Below, piece after piece: positions 48,664 through 58,750 of a stretch of DNA of 64,000 bases. The DNA is taken from positions 129,270,001 to 129,334,000 of the forward strand of contig OZ360227.1 of NCBI GenBank assembly GCA_977017645.1. Direction: 5' to 3'. The translations under genes and the position numbers were made by a program. Below the pieces are notes generated by a model. It was not told the origin of the DNA. It was given only the letters and a program-made list of their open reading frames with translations, and did no database searches. Position 1 is the first letter of the stretch. Each line of letters opens with the position of its first letter. Source of the stretch: Torpedo marmorata. Lineage: Eukaryota.

Positions 48664-48915
48664 CGGCAGCACAGTTGGCGTAGCGGTTAGCGCAACGCCT
48701 TTACAGCACCAGCGATCGGGACCGGGTTTCGAATCCCGCGCTGTCTGTAAGGAGTTTGTACGTTCTCCCCGTGTCTGCGTGGGTTTTCCCTGGGGGCTCC
48801 GGTTTCCTCCCACCGTTCGAAACATACCGGGGGTGTAGGTTAATTGGGTGCAAATTGGGCGGCACAGACTCATGGGCCGAAATGGCCTGTTACCGTGCTG
48901 TATGTCTAAATGTAA
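48664..48915 (+). mobile_element. HE1/V-SINE-like SINE (well preserved)
   Basis: A box TGGCGTAGCGG, B box GTTTCGAATCC, V-domain, and tail GGGCCGAAATGGCCTGTTACCGTGCTGTATGTCTAAA. Confidence 0.88.
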
Positions 48916-49323
48916 TTTTTTTTTAAAATTTAAATTTACATAATTAAAAAAAAAATTCATCATTATTGTTAAAACAGTTCTGTGGATTATGACTTGAAGG
49001 GAATTGCTTCCATTGGTTTTGTTAGAAAAAATCATGCAGAACCTAGGCATAAACAAAAAGAATGTGTTTCAAGGCCACACGAGAGACCCACAGATGCTGG
49101 AATCTGGAGCAAAACACAACCTGCTGGAGGAGCAGCATCAGGAGAAAAATAATTATCAGCATTTCAGGTCAGAACACTTCATCAAGACTGACCGTGTAGA
49201 GGAGAGCTGGCTAGTGTAATGAGAACAGTGTTTCAAGACCAAGTAATTGGTCGCGATGGAAATAAACAATGTTTATTTTCTCTGTGCGGTGCTTTTATAA
49301 AGCAGCATTTTCCTATAAGTTTT

Positions 49324-49490
49324 TGTTATGTATACGCCTACAGGCCTATGTCATCATCACGTTGACGTGATGATGTTTTGACTGATATATACTGTGTGGA
49401 GGGAGAACCATTTTTCAGATTTGTATTAAACGACTAACGAAGCATCATGCCTTTGTCTGCAGTGTATTTCTTAACATAGAATACATGACA
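49324..49490 (+). mobile_element. Solo LTR (167 bp)
   Basis: Inverted termini TGTTATGTAT...ATACATGACA and 5-bp TSD GTTTT (49319-49323 / 49491-49495). TATA-like TATATA and ATTAAA occur in the expected order. Confidence 0.78.
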
Positions 49491-50330
49491 GTTTTCATTT
49501 CCTAAAAGCAGCATGAGTGAATGACTTGTCTTCTGATCACTTTCATTCCTGTTCAGCGTTTTCTACCAATGGCTTGTCTGCTGCCAAGAGCTTATTAAAT
49601 GGAAACCACAAAGGGTTAGAATGACAATGATGGCAAATGTAATGTTATCGATCTTTGTTCTCAGTAAGCACAAATCTTGAACTGTGCAACAATGAACAGA
49701 AATTTAATCCAATTGCAGTGGTAACATTGCTGGTGAGTGGAATGGAGATCTTAAAGCTGTGGATTGTTTTTTTGGGAATTTGATCCCAATTGGCGCTTCG
49801 AGTCATCTATAAACACCACTTGAGTCTCAAACTTGGTTGCATGTCATGAGTATATATTTTTTTGTATTGAAGGTCAGGGCTCAAATGGTTACTCCCTGGA
49901 TTGCCCTGTGGCAGAAAGCGCATTATTAAATGTTTTCCTATGAAACTAGGTCACTACTAATTTTATGTTATGTTTCTCAAATTCAGACCAAAAGAAAGGA
50001 GTGCACCACTCATGATGTCAGTCTGTGCCAATGCAATTTACTGTTGGTGTGTAGGGAGAAACAAAAGTTCATGTACAATTTAACTTGATAAACTGTTTTA
50101 TTAATGTCAGCTGATGAATAAATATTGATTCAGGTATTAGGATGAACAGCTTCCTCTCATTTAATATCCTGCCATGTGAATGAACACAGAATCAGCATAA
50201 ACCTCTCCCAGAATGTGTTGCATCAATTCTTTGATCAGTGACAGGTGAGATTTAGCTCAAGTTCCTGGAGTGGGACTTGGATCCACATGATTCAGACTCA
50301 GAGGCCAGATTACTGTGATTGAGCTATGAT

Positions 50331-51554
50331 CAGTGGCGGATTAACCATTAGCCTAGGGGCCCGGAAGATAAGGGGGCCTGTCAAACAACAATAGAAATGT
50401 TACTTTAACAATGCCAAAGGGAACTAAGCCACAATATTAAAAGTATTTTAAAATTGCAAAACTTGTAGCTTTCAACGCTCCTGTCGATTGGCTTTCACCT
50501 ATTCACTGAAATCAAAAAACAACGGGCCCGCTCAGGACGGCGGCTCAATGCAGGATCAATGGCCATCTTCATTACCCATAATCCCCCACGCAGCTGGAAC
50601 CGCTCTGCGTTTCCCTGGCGTTGGCAATGGCAGAGCAGTTCCAGCTGCGTGGGGGATTACGGGTAATGAAGACGGCCATTGATCCCGCATTGATGCCGCC
50701 GCTGCAGTTCTCCCAGTCCCGGCCACCTCCAGCCGCATGCACTGCAGGGGCCCTCCGAATGACCGTGGCCCCTTCCCTCCGCGCTTCCCATTGGCCGGGC
50801 CGGCACCGAGCTCGCTTTCCATTGGCTCGCTGCCCGGTCGATAGTCAGGCGGCCAGTGACGCGCATCCCCTGTCAGGCTACGCCGCACGCGGCCTGGGCA
50901 GAGCAGCAGGCAGGTGAGGAGGGAACGGAGGGGGAGAAGAAGCAGCAGCGTGCGCCATCACGGCTCAGAGTGTGGCCGCCGCTCGGCCCTGCAAAATGGC
51001 AGCCCGGCCTTAAAGTGTGTTTGTGCCGCCGAGGAGGGAGGGAGCGAAGGAGCTGGGCGCAGATCGGAAGCAGTGAAGATGCGGGAGGGCCGTGGGGTCA
51101 GGGGCACTGCCGGGCCCTCGAGGCGATGGAGCGGTGGTGGCTGCGGAGTTGCACCGTTCAGCATTGATTGGTCCGGAAACAGTGGCGCTAGAGAGGCATC
51201 TGCAGGTACAGCCTGGGAAGGGGGTCGGGGGTCGGCAGGAACAAGGTGGGTGGGGGTGGGTGGGGAGAGAGGGGGTCAGTGGCTGGGCTGGGGAGGGAAT
51301 TGGTGCATTGGGAGATCCCTGCAGCATTGAGAGCTTGACTTGTATTTTTGAGTTGGTAAAGTTATCTAAATGATAGGTGTCAGATGTTTGGACAGGGGCG
51401 CAATTTCAGTGCTTGTCATAGGCGCTATTTTCCGTAGATACGCCACTGGGTGGGTGGGAATGGCCTGCCAATGCCCCCCTCCCCATGACGCCGACCCTGG
51501 GGGGCCTTACTAAAGCTCAGCCTAGGGGCTCGGGCGGTAGTTAATCCGCCACTG
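50331..51554. mobile_element. Non-autonomous hAT DNA transposon
   Basis: 15-bp perfect TIR CAGTGGCGGATTAAC and 8-bp TSD GCTATGAT (50323-50330 / 51555-51562). Subterminal GCCTAGGGGC/GGGGGCC motifs. No transposase. Confidence 0.92.
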
Positions 51555-52204
51555 GCTATGATTAATGCTTAAAAAATATATAATCATTTGTCACTGCTGG
51601 TTTGTCTTGAAAATTCTTCTGAGAATAAAACAAATCTAAAATATTGTGGTTTGATGCCTTCAGAAATACGCAGCATTAAATCACAAAGGAAAAGCAACAT
51701 TGGTGACAGCAATCAATGCTTATTTTTTGGAAATGAACTATCCATTCTTTCCATATCAAAGCAACTAATTGTTTTTGATTAGGGGTTCAGCTTCATTAAT
51801 CTATGTGGTCGTTTAAGATACCTGAAATTGCTTTGTAGAGCACATTCATTTAATATTCACAGGTAACCTTGAATTTCCTGCTACCTGCTATTTTAATTCT
51901 CCATTACACTTTCAGTCCAACCTATCTATTTGTGCCTCCTGCACCGTTACAACGAGGTCTAACATAAGCTGAAAGAACAGCTGGGCACACTGCACTCTTG
52001 AGGACTCAATATGGAACAGTTTCAGAAAGCTTACTTTGTCTTTTACTGTCAATGCTGGCCAGTGTGCTGTAAAATTATTCAATTGCAATGTTAACTCAAT
52101 TTTATTCCCTACATAGATCTCCCAGGCATTCCCACCTTTCTCCTCTTGGCTTCAGACTTCAGCAACGGCTCTTGATCTGCATGTTCTAGCTTTAACACAC
52201 CGCT

Positions 52205-52350
52205 TTGCTTTCTCTCTTTCTCTATATCTCTCTCTCTCACTCACGCACACACGTACACTCACATGCACATGTGCGCGCACACACACACTCTCTGTCTCTT
52301 ACTCTTTGTCTCTCTCTCTTTCACTTTCACTCTCTCTTTTGCTCTTGCTG
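52205..52350. repeat. Compound (CT)n/(CA)n microsatellite
   Basis: Low-complexity CT and CA runs. Confidence 0.85.
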
Positions 52351-54041
52351 TCTCTCCAACACACTTTCTTTTACCTTCGCTTAACTGTTCTTTCCCAAAC
52401 TTCTCTGCAACTTAAAACTCTCTTTTCCCCCCAGTTCTGTTTAAAAAGTCTTCAAAAGGAAGCTTTCACACTGTTCTGACATGCCTTGATGAAGAACCCA
52501 GGCCCAAAACGTTGGTTTCCATTCATTTCCTATGGATGCTGCATGACCTGCTGAGTTTCTCCAGCCCATTTGGTTCTCTTTCCACAGTTGCTCCATGATC
52601 TGCTGAGTGTTTCCAGCACTTTGTGTTCAAATTTCCAGTTTTTGATTTTCAGTTCAATATATGTGGTAGATACACCATAAGAGTAAAAATTCTACTTCTG
52701 CCCAAAAGACAAAAAATCAATGAGGTGTCATATCTGTCATGCCATTGGACCTCATTTACATTTAAGATGTGAATTATAGGTAGTAAGTGAGCAGCGAGGA
52801 GGTTGACAGTCCGAATGTGAGGCTCTTTTGTAGCTTCCATCTTCCTTGTGATTTTCTGACCAATATTAACAATATTCAGGATAATAATTGATCAAATTGT
52901 TTAACCTAAGTTTTCTTTAGACTTGTACTGCCTCAGCTGTATAGCTACATAACCAATATTTTTAGAAGACAAAAGAAAAAGCACTTGGTGCAATCTGGAA
53001 CAAACCTATAATTTTTATTGATTACCACCATCCAGTTGCAGGAAATACTGAACATTGGATCACTTGCATTTCTTTAGTCACTTTCAACTTCACCCTTAGA
53101 TATTTCTGTGTCAGTCGTGGTATGCTGACCCTTTCCTTCCCAAATGTATGGTACATTAGACTTGTGCCTGCATTAAACTTCCTTTGCCATTCGTTGACTT
53201 CAGCTCAGCATTCAACATGATCATACCTCAGAGGCTGGTTGATAAACTGTCCGAGCTGAGACTCAACACCCCTCTCTGAAACTGGATTCTGGACTTCCTG
53301 ACCGAAAGACCACACTCAGTCGATGTTAGCAGCAAAACCTCGTGTCCCATCACGCTGAGCACTGGCAAACCTCAGGCTGTATGCTCAGCCCACTACTGTT
53401 CATGCTGCTGACTCATGACTGCACTGTTCAAAGAGAATCATTAAGTTTGCGGATGGTACAACTGAAGTTGGCCTCATCAGCAACAATGATGAGTTGGCTT
53501 ACAGAAAAGAGGTTGAGTGGCTTGTAAAGTGGTGTGAGAATAACAATCTGATTCTCAACATGGACAAGACAAAGGAGATGATTGTGAACTTCAGGAGGAC
53601 AAAGGTCAACCATTCTTCATTACACATCAATATTTTTGTCGTGGAGAGAGTGGGGAGCACAAAGTTTCGTGATGTGCATATAAAGGACGACCTATTCTGG
53701 ACCCACAGCACCTCCTCATGAGTCAAGAAAGTACAGAAGCACCTACACTACCTAAGGAGGATGAGGAGTGCAAGGCTACCATCCCCCATCTGATAACATT
53801 TTATAGGAGCACAATTGAGAGTGTCCTGTCTGGCTGCATCATTGCGTGGTATGGTAGCTGCAAAGCATCAGACCAGAAGTCATTACAGAGGATCATCAAA
53901 ATGGCTGAGAAGATCACTGGGGTCTCCCTTTCCTCTATTGATGACATTTACCGGATGAATTGCTTAAATAGGGCTCAAAGAATTATTGAGGAATCTTTCC
54001 ATCCAGCACACAGTGTATCTGACCCACTGCCATCAAGAAGG

Positions 54042-54238
54042 AGGTAAAGGTAAAGGTTCCATTATTGTCACATAATACTACATTTAGAATGTAACATATA
54101 TGAAATTCTTTAATTTTGTCTACTGTAAGGAAGACAGAGAGTCGCTACTTTGTCCAGCGCCCCTCACAGAAATGAGGCCCCAGTGAGGAACGAACTCGCA
54201 ACCCCTGGTTTACAAGACCAGTGCTCTAACCACTGAGC
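54042..54238 (-). mobile_element. SINE with tRNA-Thr(UGU) head and Rex1-like tail
   Basis: 54238..54175 reads GCTCAGTGGTTAGAGCACTGGTCTTGTAAACCAGGGGTTGCGAGTTCGTTCCTCACTGGGGCCT, followed by a ~130-bp body ending GTGACAATAATGGAA(CCTTTA)n. Confidence 0.85.
54175..54238 (-). pseudogene. tRNA-Thr(TGT)-derived sequence lacking the 5' acceptor strand
   Basis: D arm, anticodon arm CTGGT-CT-TGT-AA-ACCAG and T arm (GTTCG) are recognisable; the first ~9 nt are absent. Confidence 0.8.
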
Positions 54239-54559
54239 AGGATTATCAAAATCAGGACTGCCAGGCTGCGAAATAGCTTCTTCCTGCAGGCTGTGAGATT
54301 GATGAACAGTATCCTGTAACCGAGTAAATCATCCCAAAATATTTTTATAAATTTATTTTGAATTACATCTTTATGTATATATGTGGTGTGTGTGTGTGCA
54401 GTCCAGAGAAAAGGTCTTTTGTCGGGTTGTTTATGGACAGTCAGGTGATAATAAACTTGAACTTCTATGTTTATTTTAGACCATTTGTGCTAATTGTGGC
54501 CAATTGTTCTGAAGAGCAATGTGGCTGTTTGTCTGCTCCCACTATGTTAGTTTAAATTT

Positions 54560-54820
54560 AAATTTTTTAATTTTTTCAAATTTAGACATACAGCACAGTA
54601 ACAGGCCCTTTCGGCCCACGAGCCTGTGCCACCCAATTACACCCAAGTGACCTTCAACCCCCATATGTTTTGAATGATGGGAGGAAACCGGAGCACCCGG
54701 AGGACACCCACGCAGATATGGGGAGAACGTACAAACTCCTTACAGACAACGCTAGATTTGAACCCCATTCGCTGGTACTGTAACAGCGTTGCGCTAACCA
54801 CTACGCTAACTGTGCCGCCC
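54560..54820 (-). mobile_element. HE1/V-SINE-like SINE
   Basis: Reverse complement matches the 48664..48915 family (A/B boxes, V-domain, tail). Confidence 0.88.
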
Positions 54821-56084
54821 TTGTAGATGAACATGGACCCAAGATGTGCTGAATGACATCTGGCCCTCCATGCCATCACTAGGTAGTGTCCAATAACAGA
54901 TCTCCTGATGCAGGGCTTCCCTGTCCTCTGCATTATGGGGATTTCCTGACTGGAGTTTAGCAAGGAAAAAGGTTTAATTTTATTAAATTTTTAAAATAAT
55001 TTTTCACATTGTAATTTATTTTAATTTGTGTCTTTTTCTAAATCTTTATTTGTCATACATTACAATTTTGATAGTGATTAGATATCTCTGCACATCCATC
55101 TCGATGTGGCCTATTAGCATCAAAGTCAGTTTGCTTCTTTCTGAGTTCATGTAATTGAAGTATAATTTGCAAGTGCCAGGGTCTGTGACTGGGTTTGATT
55201 CAATTATTCTCACTGTGTAGGACAAAATTTCAAACCTCATGCTCCACTTTCTCTTTTGTCTCATTGATTTGAGTGGTACTGGACATAGGCGGAGGTCTTG
55301 GACCTTCAAATTCAGTCAACAGATGCCCCCTCCCCTGTCCCACTTCCTCAGAGTTGAATAGAAAATATCAGGGCTCAGTCACAATGTAAGCGGGTACAAG
55401 ATGCAGCAAAGACCTATAGTTTGGCAATCATTGGGCTTACAGGTGATGTTCCAATGACTTGTTCAGTTTTCTCAAGGGCAAAGGACACCAGTTGGAAAGG
55501 CTGTCCATTTTTTTCAGAATGGCACGCTTTCCAAAAGTTCAAGGCATCATCAATATCAATCAGGAGGTCAAATAGCTAGAATTCTGTAACATTGATGAAG
55601 AATAATGGAGGCCAATTCACTGATATGATGGTTATGTCACCGTGTGTGGCTGGATGCTGCATTTCTTAATGTGCTTACTGGGACAGGAGTGTCTTATCAA
55701 TTCCGTGGTGTGAATTTGTGGAAATGTTACTTCAGGTTCCTGCGGCATCAATTTAACAGCTACAGAATTCAACATGAAACTGTCTTTGAATATTAGGGCT
55801 TCTCTAGCATTGGTTCTGTTACCCCTGAGAATTCCCACAGATTTGAAAAGAAGCTCGATTAAGAAAAAAATCCCTAGAGGTGTCAGCTGGAGCTATTCCA
55901 CGATGAAGTATTGCTATGTAAAGCAGTCATACATTGTGACCTAAATACAGATTATGAATTTGCTGCATTTATCCTCCTTCTGCACATTTTGACTGGAATT
56001 ATTGCATTTAATGTGTACGGCAAAAAAGCTTTTATGTAAGGATGCAATGTGATGAAAATCTTCAGTCTGATTTCTTCATTTGTC

Positions 56085-56224
56085 CTTTGATGAAGGGCTC
56101 AAGCCTGAAACGTCGGTTATGTATTTCTACCTTTGCTACATAAAAGACACTGTTTGACCTGCTGAGTTCTCCAGCTTTTGTGTTTTTTACTTCAACCACG
56201 GTGTCTACAGATTTTCGTGTTTAC
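56085..56224 (+). mobile_element. 140-bp standalone Penelope terminal unit with hammerhead-like core
   Basis: Near-identical to 45505..45645; 13-bp TSD TTCTTCATTTGTC (56072-56084 / 56225-56237). Confidence 0.9.
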
Positions 56225-57124
56225 TTCTTCATTTGTCTGTTGTGCTCTTCCTTGCCCTAGTTCCAATGCACACATACTTTGGTATTTTACCTATTGCCTC
56301 TTGGTTTTACAATCTTTCACTGAAGTATATGTTGTCAGTTGCTGCTCTAAATTATGTTGGTGTCATGTTGTAACATAAAGTATGTGTACCTTTTCAACTA
56401 AAAAAACGATATTTTTGGGATCTGGGCATCGCTAGCAAGGCTCGTGTTTATAGTGGAATATGGTGGCGAATGGCCTTCTTAAAATGCTGCCATCTTTCAA
56501 GTGCAGGTAATTCCACAGTTCTGTTCTACTTTGTACCCAGCAATGGTGAAGGACCTGCAATGCATTTCTAGGTCAGGATGGTGCATGACTTGGAGGGGTG
56601 CTGGTAATCGGTACACCTGCTACACTTGCCATTCTTGGAAATAGAGGTGGCAGGTTTGGAGGGTGCTATAGAGGAATAGCCTGGGTAAATAACTGCAAAC
56701 ATTCTGCACACACCACAGCCACTAGTTTTGAGTAGTCGAGGGAATTAATGTTTAGAGTGGTTGATGGGGTGCCATTCAAGTGGAATGCTCTTTTCCTGAA
56801 AGGCATCAAGCTTCTTGAGAATGGTTGGCACTGAACTCATCCAGGCAAGTGGACAGTTTGCATCTTGTTACTGACTTGTGCCTTGTAGAAAGACCCTGGC
56901 CCTGGAGTGTTTAAATGTAAATTGCTAGCCACAGGATATTTGACTTTTGACCTGCTCTTAACCATATAACAATTACAGCACAGAAACAGGCCATTAGGCC
57001 CTTCTAGTCCGCACCGAACCAAACACTCCTCTCTAGTCCCACCTACCTGCACCCTGCCCATAACCCTCCACTTCCTTCTCATCCATATACCTGTCCAACT
57101 TTATATTTTTATGAGACTGGTATA

Positions 57125-57515
57125 CAGGGAGTCCCCGAGTTACGAACGTTCAACTTACGGACAACTCGTACTTACGAACAAATTGTGCCCCCAATTCGCG
57201 CATGCGCCCCCAATTCGCGCTTGCGTCCCCAATTCGCGCATGCGCATAATGTTACCTCACGAATTTCCCCTTCCGGTGTGCAAGACATCGATGGAACGAG
57301 AGTAAGTGTTAACTTTTAATCATGATCTTTTTTCCTTTTTTTAAATCTAAACTGTATTAAGAACTGTTTCTTTAATGTTTTTTTACAGTACTAAGACAAA
57401 CATTTGACTAACTGATGCTAAATAAGAATCGTATGTACCTGTTCTGACTTATCTACAAATTTGACTTAAAGACAGACGTAGGAATGGATCTCGTTCATAA
57501 CCCGGAGAATCCCTG
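57125..57515. mobile_element. Tigger/pogo-like (Tc1-mariner) MITE
   Basis: TIRs CAGGGAGTCCCCGAGTTACGAAC ... GTTCATAACCCGGAGAATCCCTG flanked by TA; internal 19-bp tandem repeat x3. Confidence 0.85.
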
Positions 57516-58007
57516 TAGTTGAGTTTCTTCTCAATGGTGATCCCCCCCTCCCCCAGGAGATTGATGTTAGGTAACTTTGTGATGATAATGCCATTGAATG
57601 TTAAAAGTAGGTGGTTAGATTTTCTCTTGTTGAAGATGGTCTTTGCTTGGCGTCTTTTGTGGCACTATTGTTATCCACCTCATTATCGAGTGCCTGAATG
57701 TTGTGTAGGTTTGCACAGATGTGCTATAAGAATTATGAATGGAATTGGAAATCATTCACAAACATCCCAACTTTTGATGTTATGATGGATGATGTCATTA
57801 AATAAGCAGCTGAATATGGTTGGGCTAAGACACTTGCCTAAGGAACTGCAATGATATTTTGGGACTGGGATGATTAACCTCTGAAACCACATGCACTATT
57901 ATGTTTTCGCTTTGTAGCCCATTGACATCAGTTTTACCAGGTCATACTTGGCCAAAGCCACTCATCTCACCTCATATCTGGAATTCAGCTCTTTGCTCAT
58001 AATGTCA

Positions 58008-58325
58008 TACATAAACGTGCTGGAAAAAGTCAGCATGTCATGCAGCATCCATATGAAGTAAAGGGTAACCAACGTTTCAGGCCTGGGTCTTTTATCAGGG
58101 ATAAGTAAAAACAGGCAAGACCCTGAATAAAAGGATGAGGGGAGGAGAGGATAGGAAGGAGGAGGGGGCATGGGGAGGAGTAACAGGTAAGAGGTAATAG
58201 TGGATACGAGTGGAAGGATAGAAGAAAAAAATGGTGAGAAGTGATAGAGGGAGAGGTAGCTCTCTGATAGGAGAGGGAAGGAAAGCACGTGGGTAAACCT
58301 ACAAATACACAAACATGCTGGAGAA
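58008..58325 (-). mobile_element. Older Penelope-terminus-derived fragment
   Basis: Minus strand has a pyrimidine-rich tract, then CCTGATAAAAGACCCAGGCCTGAAACGTTGG...GCTGCATGACATGCTGA, like the PLE termini. Confidence 0.6.
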
Positions 58326-58750
58326 ATTTTGGTCCCTCTTTATGCCATTGCAGTGAAGAGGTTCAGAGCCGAGTGAATCCCAACTGTGAGTGGGCATAAG
58401 TGGGTTGGTTAACGTAGAGTAGGTGTTGCTTGATAGAACAGTCAACAATAGCTTCCTTCCCTTTGTCGATGATTGAGAGTATACTGTTGGATGGTAATTA
58501 GCTGGACTGGATATTTGTTTTTTTGTAAATGGGACATATCTTGTCAATCTTCTGCATGCTTGGGTAAAAGCCAGTGTTCTGGTGGCATTGGAGCAACTTC
58601 ACAAGAAGCACAGCTAGTTCTGGATGCAGCCTTTCTATACTACAGCTGGGGTATGGTCTGGTCCTGTAGTCTTTCCTACATTCATTGGTTTTGGCTGCAC
58701 AGTCACATCGGTTTTGTAAGTTTACTTAAAGATGTCCTGTGGCATTCCTT

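Larger units (their letters stand above)
53192..54465 (+). mobile_element. Degenerate Rex1/Babar-type LINE interrupted by a SINE
   Basis: SGCMLSPLLF..LTHDC, YRKEVEWLVKWCENNNLILNMDKTKEMIVNFRR and FYRSTIESVLSGCIIAWYG; (AACTTG)-like tail at ~54460. Confidence 0.85.

Noticed and set aside
50488-51373. Cluster of GC-rich ORFs suggesting a gene or CpG-island promoter
   Set aside because: Lies entirely within a TIR/TSD-bounded hAT element; the mirrored ORFs come from the hairpin and have no recognisable domains.
54175-54238. Functional tRNA-Thr gene
   Set aside because: The 5' acceptor strand is missing, and the sequence is fused to a retroposon tail inside a LINE relic.
57188-57245. CRISPR-like short repeats
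   Set aside because: Contiguous tandem units without spacers, inside a eukaryotic MITE; no cas genes.
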